A stretch of DNA of 38,547 nucleotides from Candidatus Sediminicultor quintus (lineage in GTDB: Bacteria; Atribacterota; Phoenicimicrobiia; Phoenicimicrobiales; Phoenicimicrobiaceae). The number at the start of each line of letters is the position of its first letter. The first letter of the stretch is position 1. The notes below the pieces were generated by a model, which was not told the origin of the DNA, did not search any database, and saw nothing but the letters and a program-made list of their open reading frames with translations. The stretch spans positions 22,428 through 60,974 of the forward strand of contig MEYH01000090.1 in the NCBI GenBank assembly GCA_001773955.1, read 5' to 3'. A program made the translations under genes and the position numbers. Shown here in pieces: positions 10,751-20,487 of the stretch.

Positions 10751-10881
10751 AGTGAATAGTTATTAGTATCGCGTATCGAGTATCGCGTTAAGAAAATCAG
10801 AATTCAGAAATTCTGTTTTTGCTTCTTTATCTTTTCGTTTTTCGCTATACGTTTTTTCTTTACTATATACTCGATACTGAC
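10751..10881. repeat. Intergenic spacer bounded by inverted heptamer arrays
   Basis: Left AGTGAAT AGTTATT AGTATCG CGTATCG AGTATCG CGTTAAGAAAA; right TTTTCTTT ACTATAT ACTCGAT ACT, which is approximately its reverse complement. Confidence 0.8.
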
Positions 10882-11262
10882 TTAAAAGGCTGGATTATTA
10901 TCCAGACAAAAAGCATTCTTGATATGTTTTAAACTTTTTACATCTTTATGGTTAGAGATGCTGACCAATATTATATCGAAACAATAATTTTTCTCCCAAA
11001 GATGGTATTTAGCTAAATAACATAAAGCATTTTTAATTATTTTTCGTTGTTTATTAAAGTTTATTGCTTCTTCAGGATATCCAAACCTATTAGAACTCCT
11101 GGTTTTTACTTCCACAAAGATGATATTTCCCTTATATTCACTGATAATATCTATTTCTCCCAAGAAGGTACGATAATTTCTCTCTTTAATTTTGTAGCCC
11201 TTTTCTTCTAAATATTTAGAAGCTATATCTTCTCCAATTTTCCCTATATTATCCATCTTCAA
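10882..11262 (-). CDS. yraN: YraN family endonuclease-like protein (UPF0102)
   Basis: GKIGEDIA..YL...GY, RNYR, GEIDII, FVEVKTR; rnhB-yraN-comM context. Confidence 0.92.
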   Translation of the reverse strand: MKMDNIGKIGEDIASKYLEEKGYKIKERNYRTFLGEIDIISEYKGNIIFVEVKTRSSNRFGYPEEAINFNKQRKIIKNALCYLAKYHLWEKNYCFDIILVSISNHKDVKSLKHIKNAFCLDNNPAF

Positions 11263-11304
11263 TTATCATCTATTTTCGTATTATTATAATTGGTTATTTT
11301 CAAC

Positions 11305-12006
11305 CTATATCACCATTACTCCTTTATAGCTTTTTCTATGTATTTCTGATGGGCCGTACTTAAGTAGTGCTTCAAGATGCTCTTTTGTTCCATAACCTTT
11401 GTTTTTTTTGAAAAGGTACTGTGGATATTTTTGGTCATATTGAATCATAATATTATCTCTATAGACTTTAGCAACTATAGAGGCAGCAGCAATCGATATA
11501 CTTCTATCTTCACCTTTAATTAATGGTATCTGGAAAATATTTAGGTGAGGAATTTTAAAACCGTCCACTAATAAATAATCAGGTACTTCTTTTAAATCTA
11601 AAATAGCTTTTTTCATTGCCAAAAAAGAAGCCTGAGCGATATTTATTCTATCAATAATTTTAGCTTCTATAACACCAATTCCTACGTCTTTTGCCTTGCT
11701 TAAGATAGAATAATACAATTCTGTTCTTTTTTGTGAACTTAACTTTTTAGAATCTTTAATATAGGGAATAAACAATCGGCAGGGCAAAATTACTGCGGCA
11801 GCCACTACTGGCCCGGACAGTGAACCCCTGCCTGCTTCATCTATCCCGGCAACCAAAGAGTACCCTTCAAGTTTTAGTTGATTTTCATAGTTATAGAGAT
11901 TATAAATTCTTAATCTTTCTGCATATAATCTTTCAATTTTTCTCCGATAACTACAAATTATTGTTTTTGTTATTTTTGTTTTCCTATCTTTTGCCTCGGG
12001 CACCAT
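11305..12006 (-). CDS. rnhB: Ribonuclease HII
   Basis: AGIDEAGRG, DSKKL, LLVDG, IKGE, SIAAASIVAKVYRD, NKGYGT, HRKSY; exact start uncertain. Confidence 0.96.
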   Translation of the reverse strand: MVPEAKDRKTKITKTIICSYRRKIERLYAERLRIYNLYNYENQLKLEGYSLVAGIDEAGRGSLSGPVVAAAVILPCRLFIPYIKDSKKLSSQKRTELYYSILSKAKDVGIGVIEAKIIDRINIAQASFLAMKKAILDLKEVPDYLLVDGFKIPHLNIFQIPLIKGEDRSISIAAASIVAKVYRDNIMIQYDQKYPQYLFKKNKGYGTKEHLEALLKYGPSEIHRKSYKGVMVI

Positions 12007-12010
12007 TTAA

Positions 12011-12355
12011 TTATCTTTTTTCTTTAACTTTACTGGTTTTTCCAACCCTATCTCTTAAGTAATATAATTTTGCTCTTCTCGTTTTCCCTTTGGTTATAGT
12101 TAATATTTTTACAATATTCGGTGAATGCAATTGAAATACTTTTTCTATCCCAACACCTTTGGAAATTTTTCTTACTGTAAATGTTTCCTTACTTCCACCA
12201 TGTTTTTTAGCGATAACTACTCCCTTAAAAACTTGTACCCGCTCTCTGGTACCTTCAATAATTTTTTGATGTACTTCCACTGTATCACCAGGTGCAAATT
12301 CGCTGTTCTCTTTTTTAGACTGTTCTTCTTCTAATTGTTTTATGTAATCTACCAT
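12011..12355 (-). CDS. rplS: 50S ribosomal protein L19
   Basis: [46 protein letters not shown]; likely start ATG at 12355 (ORF track gives 12364). Confidence 0.97.
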   Translation of the reverse strand: MVDYIKQLEEEQSKKENSEFAPGDTVEVHQKIIEGTRERVQVFKGVVIAKKHGGSKETFTVRKISKGVGIEKVFQLHSPNIVKILTITKGKTRRAKLYYLRDRVGKTSKVKEKR

Positions 12356-12369
12356 AAAAATCATCCTTC

Positions 12370-13131
12370 CTAAATATTTTTTAAACTGTTTTCTAATGCT
12401 TTAAGTAAAGTTAACTCTCTTTTAAACAACCTTTTATTTACAAAAATTTCAGGCCTTCTAATCAAAGTTCTTAATAGAGACTGTTTCCTTCTCCATTCTT
12501 CGATTTCTTTATGATTACCCGAAAGCAATATATCCGGAACTTTAAGACCTTTAAAATCATCCGGTCTGGTATAATGAGGAAAATCAAGATATCCGTTATA
12601 AAATGAATCATTGACCATAGATTCTTCTTTTCCTAAAACTCCGGGAATCATTCTCGAAATTGCATCTACCATTAACATGGCTGGTAATTCTCCTCCGCTA
12701 ACTACAAAGTTACCGATTGATACTTCCTCTGCATCGAGAAGCTGAGGTATCCGTTCATCTATGCCCTCATATCGACCGCAAATGATTAATAATCTATTTT
12801 CTTTCGACAAATCTTTAGCCATCCCCTGGTTAAAAATCTTCCCCTGTGCCGAAGTGATTATAATTTTTAAAGGTAATGGAGATTTGTTTTTTTTTATCAC
12901 CTCTACCGCATCCCAAATTGGTTGAGGTTTTAAAACCATACCAGGCCCTCCGCCATAAGAATAATCATCTACAGTCTTATGTTTGTCCAGAGTAAAATCT
13001 CTAAGGTCAATTAGATTTATTTTGATCAGTCCTTTTTCTTGAGCCTTATTCAATATGCTTTCGGAAAAAGGGCTTTTAAACATATTGGTAAAAATAGTTA
13101 ATATATTAATTTCTAAACAATCATTTATCAT
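12370..13131 (-). CDS. trmD: tRNA (guanine-N1)-methyltransferase TrmD
   Basis: [46 protein letters not shown]. Confidence 0.98.
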   Translation of the reverse strand: MINDCLEINILTIFTNMFKSPFSESILNKAQEKGLIKINLIDLRDFTLDKHKTVDDYSYGGGPGMVLKPQPIWDAVEVIKKNKSPLPLKIIITSAQGKIFNQGMAKDLSKENRLLIICGRYEGIDERIPQLLDAEEVSIGNFVVSGGELPAMLMVDAISRMIPGVLGKEESMVNDSFYNGYLDFPHYTRPDDFKGLKVPDILLSGNHKEIEEWRRKQSLLRTLIRRPEIFVNKRLFKRELTLLKALENSLKNI

Positions 13132-13637
13132 ATTAATCCATCTACCATGTTTATGGTAATTCGTTTTTTTTCTAAATTAACATTCTTTACAACTTCACGA
13201 ATAGCCGGGATAAACAATTCTTTTATATTTTTTCCTTTAACTATATATACATCATTGCTTCCCGTACTTATCACATTTTCTACTTTTCCCAGAAAAACAT
13301 TATTTTCGGTATACACTTCAAGTCCAATTATCTCAAAGATAAAATAAGTGTTTTTGGGTAGTTTCACAGCATTTTTTCTTTCAACTTCAAGAAAAGACCC
13401 TACTATTGTTTTGGCTTCTTTGATATTTTCTATATCCTTTAATTTTAAAATAACCATATCTTTTTTTATTCTTATCTTCTCTATATTTAATATTGTTTGG
13501 CAATTGTTATTTCTTAAAAAAACGGAAACTATGTTTTTAAATCTGTCGATTGAATCGGTAAGGGGCAAAACTTTAACTTCACCTTTATTGCCCTGGGTAG
13601 AAACTACTTTACCAATTATAATAAATTCTTGATTCAA
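13128..13637 (-). CDS. rimM: Ribosome maturation factor RimM
   Basis: IGKVVSTQGNKGEVKV, IIGLEV, TGSNDVYIV, FIPAI; TTG start with AGGAG RBS; rpsP operon position. Confidence 0.95.
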   Translation of the reverse strand: MNQEFIIIGKVVSTQGNKGEVKVLPLTDSIDRFKNIVSVFLRNNNCQTILNIEKIRIKKDMVILKLKDIENIKEAKTIVGSFLEVERKNAVKLPKNTYFIFEIIGLEVYTENNVFLGKVENVISTGSNDVYIVKGKNIKELFIPAIREVVKNVNLEKKRITINMVDGLI

Positions 13638-13661
13638 TAAAATTTCTCCTTAATGCTAATT

Positions 13662-13904
13662 AGTATATAGTATATCGTATATAGTATATAGTAAAGAGAT
13701 AAAAAGATAGAAATAAGAAGATATAAATTAATATATCACCTATCGCATTTCGCGTGAAAATAAATATAAATTATTAAATATCATTGCGGGGCGAAGTCGT
13801 AGTAATCTAATTAAGATTGCTTCTAAAAACCGAGAACTGAAAACGTTTATTTCATACTAACGACTATTCACTATTCACTAACGACTAATACACTAACGAC
13901 TAAT
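13662..13904. repeat. Composite intergenic repeat region between khpA and rimM
   Basis: (A/C)GTATAT x4 at 13662-13689; TCATTGCG-type remnant at 13781-13823; module A and ACTAACG/ACTATTC array at 13826-13904. Confidence 0.85.
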
Positions 13905-13905
13905 T

Positions 13906-14136
13906 TTAATCGACAATTTCGATAACCGCTCGCTTATCATCCTTCTGCGCAGCAGCATTTACTATAGTTCTTATTGACTTTATATTTCTGCCTTGCTTTC
14001 CTATTACTTTACCTATGTCATTAGGATCAACCTTTATTTCAAATATCGATGCTTTTTCACCGATAATTTCATTTATCTCTACCTGGTTTGGATTGTCTAC
14101 TATCCCTTTTATAATTAATTCAATAAGTTCTCTCAA
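13906..14136 (-). CDS. khpA: KH-domain RNA-binding protein KhpA (YlqC/UPF0109)
   Basis: DIGKVIGKQGRNIKSIRT GxxG KH loop; between rpsP and rimM. Confidence 0.93.
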   Translation of the reverse strand: MRELIELIIKGIVDNPNQVEINEIIGEKASIFEIKVDPNDIGKVIGKQGRNIKSIRTIVNAAAQKDDKRAVIEIVD

Positions 14137-14157
14137 AATAATCTCCTTGGGTCTTAT

Positions 14158-14406
14158 CTATTTTTTCAATATTCCTTCTTTCTTAAATAAATCTTTTATT
14201 GTTACTGAAAGTTGAGCACCCTTTTCGATCCATTTTAAACTTGCCTCCTGGTCAATCTTAAGAACATAAGGATCAGAAAGTGGTTGATAATATCCTAATT
14301 GTTCTATAAATTTAGCATTACAAGCTCTCCTCGAATCGATTACCACTACTTTGTAAAAAGGTTTTTTCTTGCCACCTTCTCTTCTAAGTTTAATTTTCAC
14401 TGACAT
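14158..14406 (-). CDS. rpsP: 30S ribosomal protein S16
   Basis: SVKIKLRREG.KKKPFYKVVVIDSR, FIEQLGYYQP, WIEKGAQ; likely start ATG at 14406 behind GGAGG. Confidence 0.97.
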   Translation of the reverse strand: MSVKIKLRREGGKKKPFYKVVVIDSRRACNAKFIEQLGYYQPLSDPYVLKIDQEASLKWIEKGAQLSVTIKDLFKKEGILKK

Positions 14407-14490
14407 TAATTTTGCCTCCATTCTGTTATTTATATTTTTTATTTTTCTGTATCTTTATATATATCTTTTATTTTCTTTTATTCTTTGGCT

Positions 14491-14524
14491 TTTGTAGGGG
14501 CACGATGCATCGTGCCCCTACAAA
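14491..14524. repeat. Perfect 34-bp palindrome, GTAG-type REP, possibly acting as a hairpin after ffh
   Basis: TTTGTAGGGGCACGATG|CATCGTGCCCCTACAAA. Confidence 0.85.
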
Positions 14525-14551
14525 TTAACCGTTGCATTTTTAATGACTAAT

Positions 14552-15874
14552 TTAATTAAAAGAAAAGTTTTTTAGTTTTGGTCCCTTTTTAAACATTTCT
14601 TTTATCTGGTAAAATTGTTTGAGCAATCTGTTTATATCAGAAAGCTGTGTTCCACTGCCCCTGGATATTCTTTTCCTTCTGCTGCCATTTATTATAGAAG
14701 GATTTTCTTTTTCTTCAACAGTCATAGAACTTATAATAGCTTCAATTTTCTTTAGTTCACCCTCTCTATCTCCTAATTTTGCAACATCTATTCTATTTTT
14801 TAAATTATTAAATCCTGGAACCATATCCATAATCTGATCTACTGAACCAATATTTTTCATTTTTTTTAGCTGCAAATAAAAATCATTTAAATCAAAATTG
14901 TGGCCTTTCATCTTTTTGTCTAATTTTTCTAATTCATCCTTACTGTAAGCAGTTTCAACTTTTTCTATTAGTGTTAAGACATCACCCATACCCAATATCC
15001 GGGAAGCCATTCTTTCTGGATAAAAAGGTTCAAAGTTATCAACCTTTTCGCCTATACCTATAAACTTAATAGGTATTCCTAAAACCTTTTTCAAGGAGAA
15101 AGCTACTCCCCCCCGAGTGTCACCATCCAATTTGGTCAGAATAATTCCGCTTACTTTTATTTTATCACAAAACACTTTGGCGGAATTTACCGCATCCTGT
15201 CCGGCCATAGCATCTACTATCAATAATTTTTCCTGAAGAGGAATATTTTCATTAATCTCTTGTAATTCATTCATTAGTTTATCATCAATATGTAATCTTC
15301 CGGCAGTGTCGATAATTAAGATATCGTTATTTTTTTTAGATGAATATTTTATGGCAGCTTTAACAATATTTACTACACTTTCGTTTTTACCCATGGAAAA
15401 AACCGGTAAATTTGATTTTTCACCTAATACCTGAAGTTGTTCGATGGCTGCCGGTCTGTATGTATCTGTTGCTATTAAAAGCGGTAGATGCCCTTTTTTT
15501 CTAAAGTAATTAGCTAATTTTACGGCTGTTGTTGTTTTACCGGTTCCCTGCAATCCCACTAACATTATAATAGTAGGAGGGGCAGGGCTGATGCTAAGGT
15601 CATTTTGTTTGCACCCCAATACCAAAGTTATCTCTCCATTTACAATCTTTATAATTTGTTGAGTGGGTGACAGGCTTTCGGAAATCTTTTCCTGTTGTAT
15701 TTTATCATGCAAACTATCAATAAATTCTTTTACCACTTTGTAATTTACATCTGCTTCTAAAAGGGCTATGCGAATTTCATGAAGACAATTTTTTATATCA
15801 TATTCATTTAATTTTCCCTTGTTTTTTATTTTTTTAAATATTGTCTGAAATTTATCAGTAAGGCTGGCAAACAT
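14552..15874 (-). CDS. ffh: Signal recognition particle protein Ffh
   Basis: ALLEADVN, GLQGTGKTTT, DTYRPAA, DTAGR, TKLDGD, PERMASRILGMGD, M-domain SRRKRISRGSG. Confidence 0.98.
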   Translation of the reverse strand: MFASLTDKFQTIFKKIKNKGKLNEYDIKNCLHEIRIALLEADVNYKVVKEFIDSLHDKIQQEKISESLSPTQQIIKIVNGEITLVLGCKQNDLSISPAPPTIIMLVGLQGTGKTTTAVKLANYFRKKGHLPLLIATDTYRPAAIEQLQVLGEKSNLPVFSMGKNESVVNIVKAAIKYSSKKNNDILIIDTAGRLHIDDKLMNELQEINENIPLQEKLLIVDAMAGQDAVNSAKVFCDKIKVSGIILTKLDGDTRGGVAFSLKKVLGIPIKFIGIGEKVDNFEPFYPERMASRILGMGDVLTLIEKVETAYSKDELEKLDKKMKGHNFDLNDFYLQLKKMKNIGSVDQIMDMVPGFNNLKNRIDVAKLGDREGELKKIEAIISSMTVEEKENPSIINGSRRKRISRGSGTQLSDINRLLKQFYQIKEMFKKGPKLKNFSFN

Positions 15875-15965
15875 AAAAAAATAACTCCTCTTAACTTCAG
15901 TTTATCTATTAACTTTCAATTCCGAAAAAATACCTTTATAAGTATATAGAAAATTATCTTTAGTG

Positions 15966-16919
15966 TCAATCAAGAAGAGCTTCAACAAATTTATCAGCTT
16001 TAAAATCATACAAATTATTTAATTTTTCTCCACAGCTAATTAATTTAACCGGGATACTTAACTCTTTTTTTATGGCAATTACTATTCCTCCCTTGGCTGT
16101 TCCGTCCATTTTAGTAAGGGCAATTCCGGTAACTCCTAAAGATTTGTTAAAAAATTCTGCTTGAGCTATAGCATTCTGTCCCATGGTAGCATCAATAGTT
16201 TGTAATACCTCTAATGAGCAATCATTAGCCTCTTTTTGGATTACCCTTTTTATCTTTTCCAATTCATTCATTAAATTTCTCTTAGTATGAAGTCTTCCGG
16301 CAGTATCGATAATAACAATATTCTTTTTTCGGGCACGAGCTGCACTGATCCCATCATATACGACCGAAGCCGGGTCAGCACCTTCTTTGGTATTTATCAC
16401 CTCTGCTCCTACTTTACAGGCTAAAATCTTAAGCTGCTGTATTGCTGCTGCTCTAAAGGTATCGGCAGGAACCATGATTATATCATTATTTATATTTATT
16501 AAACGATAAGCAATCTTACCCGCTATTGAAGTTTTTCCTGAACCATTTACTCCTACCAGCATGATTATATTTAATCTATTTTCATTAATCTTAATATCAG
16601 TTGCAGTTGAATTTAAGATACCTATCAGGATAACCTTTAATTTCTCTTTAAAAAATATAAAGTTATTTTCCTTATATTCTCTAAAATTAATCTGCTGAAA
16701 TTCATTCATTATCTCTGCAGTGGCGGAGATTCCTAAGTCAGATAATATTAATAACTCTTCTAATTTTTCTAAAAAATCTATTTTATCTTTAGAATTACTA
16801 AATAAAAATCCTAAATTATTAGCAAACTCTTCCCTCGTTTTATATAGCCCTTCTTTAAATTGGGAAAATATATTTTTTATATTCATGATTTTTATTATCC
16901 ATTTTGACTTATTTTTCAA
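15966..16919 (-). CDS. ftsY: SRP receptor FtsY (short NG form, no acidic domain)
   Basis: GVNGSGKT, DTFRAAA, DPASV, DTAGRL, TKMDGTAKGG; exact start uncertain. Confidence 0.97.
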   Translation of the reverse strand: MKNKSKWIIKIMNIKNIFSQFKEGLYKTREEFANNLGFLFSNSKDKIDFLEKLEELLILSDLGISATAEIMNEFQQINFREYKENNFIFFKEKLKVILIGILNSTATDIKINENRLNIIMLVGVNGSGKTSIAGKIAYRLININNDIIMVPADTFRAAAIQQLKILACKVGAEVINTKEGADPASVVYDGISAARARKKNIVIIDTAGRLHTKRNLMNELEKIKRVIQKEANDCSLEVLQTIDATMGQNAIAQAEFFNKSLGVTGIALTKMDGTAKGGIVIAIKKELSIPVKLISCGEKLNNLYDFKADKFVEALLD

Positions 16920-19900
16920 ATTTTACCGAAACTAATTTTGAGATACCTGATTCTTCCATGGTTATACCATATAATGTATCTGCTGCTTCCATCGTTGTTT
17001 TTTGATGGGTAATAAGAACCAATTGCGTGTGATTTAAATCTTCCCCCTTTAATATATGGGTAAGTTTTTCAGCATTTACTTCATCTAAAGATGTATCTAT
17101 TTCATCAAAAAGACAAAAAGGGCTGGGATTTGCTTTCCACAAAGCCATTAAAAGTGCTATAGCAGTTAAGGCTTTTTCACCGGAGGATAACAATTCGATG
17201 TTTTGCGTTTTTTTCCCGGGAGGACGGGCAATTATATCTATTCCGGAGTTTAATATATCTTCTTCAGATTCGATAATTAATCTCCCTTCTCCACCGGAAA
17301 AAATTTTTTTAAATATATCATTAAAGTAGGTTTTTACCTGATTAAAGGTTTTTTTAAATCTTTCTGTAGCAATTTGATCAATTTCTAAAATCGTTATTTC
17401 CATAATTTTTTTTGCCTTACATATCTCGTCGTATTTTTCGCTAAGAGAATTATAACGCTGCAACTGATTGTGGTATCTATTTTCTGCCTCAAAGTTTATC
17501 TGTCCCACTTTTATGATGTTGTCTCTTAAAATGTCTATCTTTTGGTTAGCTTCTTTTTGTGAACCAGATATGTTTTTGTATAATTCTAATTTTTCCAGCG
17601 ATAAGTTATAATTTTTATTTACTTCCTCCCCAATGTTAACGTGTTTTTCCCGATATTGAACCTCTAATATTTCTTCTCTATGTTGGTTGTCTTTGATTGA
17701 TTCGTACGTTTTTTGTTGGTTTATCTTATCCTGTTGTAGATTTTTTAATAGATTGGATTTTCTTTGCAGAATCTCTCCTATCTCCTCTGCTTTCTTGAAA
17801 ACAGAAGGATTTTCTTTGTTCAACCTGTTTATTTGAATTTTATATTCATTTATATTTTTTGATATATCAGCGAGTTTTTCATTATATTCTTTTAAAGTAC
17901 TTCTTTTTCCTTTTAAATCGACTGAATGCTCATCTTTGTATTGAGAAATATTATCAGCCTTCTCTTTTATACTAATTAGTTTTTCTTTATTTATTATAAT
18001 AATATTTTTTAAGTTATTTATGTCTCGGGAAAGATTGTTTATACGGTTGTTCCCTCTGGTAACAATTTGATTAATTATTTTTACAGAATGACTAATATTT
18101 TTGTTATATTCAGAAAGAGTGTTGTAATATTTTTCCAAGATACGCAATTTCCCAGAAATTTTTTTTCTTTCCTCCAAAATGTTATTTTCTTCGATTAAAA
18201 GATTTTTTAAGCCATCTTTTTGTTCATTTAGCGAAACAGTTGCCTTGTTCAAATTATTTATACTGTCCGTTACCTTTTTTTCATTCTCTCGTAATAGTCT
18301 TTTTATATCCTGGTTTTCTTTCCATAGGGAATTATAAATATTGTTATTTTTTTCTATAAAATTATTATTTCTTTCAATTTTAATTTTTAGAGTTTTTATC
18401 TCTTCTTCATATTTTTCAATCTCTTTTTCTACATAATAAAAACTCTCTTGAGAATTCTCTGAATTTGTTGAGGTTGAATAAATATCTACGGAGCCATCCA
18501 TATTTATTACCATCCCATTTAGTGAAATAATTTTATATTTCCCTAAGTACTTATTAGAAATATCAAGGGCAGTCTTTATATCTTCAACTATTAATACATT
18601 GCCCAACAAAACTTTAAATAAATTCTGGTATTTTTGGGAGTAATCAATCAATTCGTGGGCAAACCCACAAATATTATTGTTTTTAATTTCACCCTGGTTA
18701 CCAGGAAGTGTTTTTATATTTTTGATTAAATCCAGGGGGATTATCTTTAGTTTTTCTAATTCGTTTTCCGATAAGAAATTAATTATATTCAAAGCATATG
18801 AAATATCGCTCACTACAATTGAGTTAAAACTTTCTCTTAAAGCAATCTTCATAATTTTCTCATATTTTGAAGGAATATTATCAATGAATTTTATGATTTT
18901 TTCACAAGGGTCATCTGGATATTTTTGGCAGTATTTGGAGTAAAATACCTCTACCTTTTGTTCGTTCTTCTTCCTGTTAGTCTCAATTGATTTTCTTAAA
19001 ATATTTTTCCTTTCTTCTTTTAAGATAATTACATGCCTATCTTTTTCCACTTCTGCCTGTAATTCTTTTAAGATATTTTCAATCTCTTTTATTTTCTCTT
19101 CGTTTGATTTGAGATTTGTCTCATCTTCGATTTTTCTGCTTTCTCTTGCGATTTTTTGATAATCACTCTCTTTTGTCACCATATTTTCTAATTGATTTTC
19201 AAGTAATACCCTTTTTTTTCTAATTTTGTCTAAATTTATATTTATGATATTGAAGGTAGTGCTATATCTTATTTTTGCTTCCTTTAAAAACAATTCCTTT
19301 TCCGAAATTATTTTTAATACCTTTCTCGAATTAATCTCTAAAACATTAAGCGACCCAGCAAGTTTAGAAATAGTATTAGTATCTTTAATTGAATAAATAA
19401 GTTTTTTATTAAAGCTTTCTATTTTTTTGTCTATCTCCAGAATATTCAAACTTACTGCTTTTTTATTTTGCTCACCAATAACTATTTTTTGAGTAATATT
19501 ATCAGCATCTTTATTTAAGTCATACAGCCTTTTTTCAACATCACTTTTCTTTTGTAACATTAAATTCAATTCGCTCTGAATTATTTTTTTTCTATTATCT
19601 AGTTCGTAATTATCATATTTATATTTCTCTTGTTCTTTGCTTAAATTATCTAACTCTATACTTAATGAGTTAATTGCTGTTTCTTCTTCTTTAATTTTTT
19701 TTATAATCTTATTTTTTTCTTTTTCGTATTCTTCTAAATTTATTTTTATTTTAGATAAATTTGTTCTGCATAAATTATATTTTTGATAGATTAAAAATAA
19801 TTCCAAATTTTTAATCTCTTCTTGACTTATTTTATAACTATTTAAATGTTCTGCTTCTTCTTCCAAAATTAGTAATTGATTTTTTATTTCAGAAATTATA

Positions 19901-20478
19901 TTTTCAATCTTATCTAAATTATTATTGGTTTCCCCTATTTTATCCAAAGTTTTTTTCTTTTCATGTCTATATTTAGAAATAGAAGCAGCTTCTTCAAATA
20001 AATAACGTCTTTCAGGTGGTTTTGCACTTAAAATAAGATCTACTTCGCCCTGAGCAATGATGGAATAGGTATTTTTACTCAATCCTGTATTCATAAATAA
20101 TTCTTGAATCTCTTTCAATTTACAAGGAATTCCATTAATAAAACTTTCGGTCTCTCCGGAACGATAAATTCTTCTTTTAATATTTATTTCTTCCCAATCT
20201 AACGGGAGAAGCTTTTCATAATTATTGACAGTTAACGAAACTTCCGCTAAGTTTAAAGGTTTTTCTTGGTGATTCCCTGAAAAAATAATATCGGTTAGCT
20301 GTTTTCCCCGTAATGACCTGATATTCTGTTCACCCAATACCCATCTGACTGCATCGGTAATATTACTCTTGCCGCAGCCATTTGGACCGACTATTGCGGT
20401 TATGCCAGAATTAAATGACAGTTTAATTTTTTTTCCAAATGATTTAAATCCATAAATTTCAAGTTCTTTTAAAAACAC
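16909..20478 (-). CDS. smc: Chromosome segregation protein SMC
   Basis: GFKSF, GPNGCGKSN, long coiled coils around a central hinge, C-terminal LSSGEKA, FDEID, ITHQ; rnc-smc-ftsY context. Confidence 0.95.
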   Translation of the reverse strand: MFLKELEIYGFKSFGKKIKLSFNSGITAIVGPNGCGKSNITDAVRWVLGEQNIRSLRGKQLTDIIFSGNHQEKPLNLAEVSLTVNNYEKLLPLDWEEINIKRRIYRSGETESFINGIPCKLKEIQELFMNTGLSKNTYSIIAQGEVDLILSAKPPERRYLFEEAASISKYRHEKKKTLDKIGETNNNLDKIENIISEIKNQLLILEEEAEHLNSYKISQEEIKNLELFLIYQKYNLCRTNLSKIKINLEEYEKEKNKIIKKIKEEETAINSLSIELDNLSKEQEKYKYDNYELDNRKKIIQSELNLMLQKKSDVEKRLYDLNKDADNITQKIVIGEQNKKAVSLNILEIDKKIESFNKKLIYSIKDTNTISKLAGSLNVLEINSRKVLKIISEKELFLKEAKIRYSTTFNIININLDKIRKKRVLLENQLENMVTKESDYQKIARESRKIEDETNLKSNEEKIKEIENILKELQAEVEKDRHVIILKEERKNILRKSIETNRKKNEQKVEVFYSKYCQKYPDDPCEKIIKFIDNIPSKYEKIMKIALRESFNSIVVSDISYALNIINFLSENELEKLKIIPLDLIKNIKTLPGNQGEIKNNNICGFAHELIDYSQKYQNLFKVLLGNVLIVEDIKTALDISNKYLGKYKIISLNGMVINMDGSVDIYSTSTNSENSQESFYYVEKEIEKYEEEIKTLKIKIERNNNFIEKNNNIYNSLWKENQDIKRLLRENEKKVTDSINNLNKATVSLNEQKDGLKNLLIEENNILEERKKISGKLRILEKYYNTLSEYNKNISHSVKIINQIVTRGNNRINNLSRDINNLKNIIIINKEKLISIKEKADNISQYKDEHSVDLKGKRSTLKEYNEKLADISKNINEYKIQINRLNKENPSVFKKAEEIGEILQRKSNLLKNLQQDKINQQKTYESIKDNQHREEILEVQYREKHVNIGEEVNKNYNLSLEKLELYKNISGSQKEANQKIDILRDNIIKVGQINFEAENRYHNQLQRYNSLSEKYDEICKAKKIMEITILEIDQIATERFKKTFNQVKTYFNDIFKKIFSGGEGRLIIESEEDILNSGIDIIARPPGKKTQNIELLSSGEKALTAIALLMALWKANPSPFCLFDEIDTSLDEVNAEKLTHILKGEDLNHTQLVLITHQKTTMEAADTLYGITMEESGISKLVSVKFEK

Positions 20479-20487
20479 TCTTTCGCC

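Noticed and set aside
14422-15965. SRP RNA or tRNA in spacers near ffh/ftsY
   Set aside because: No SRP domain IV motif or cloverleaf is visible; the only GC-rich structure is the REP palindrome.
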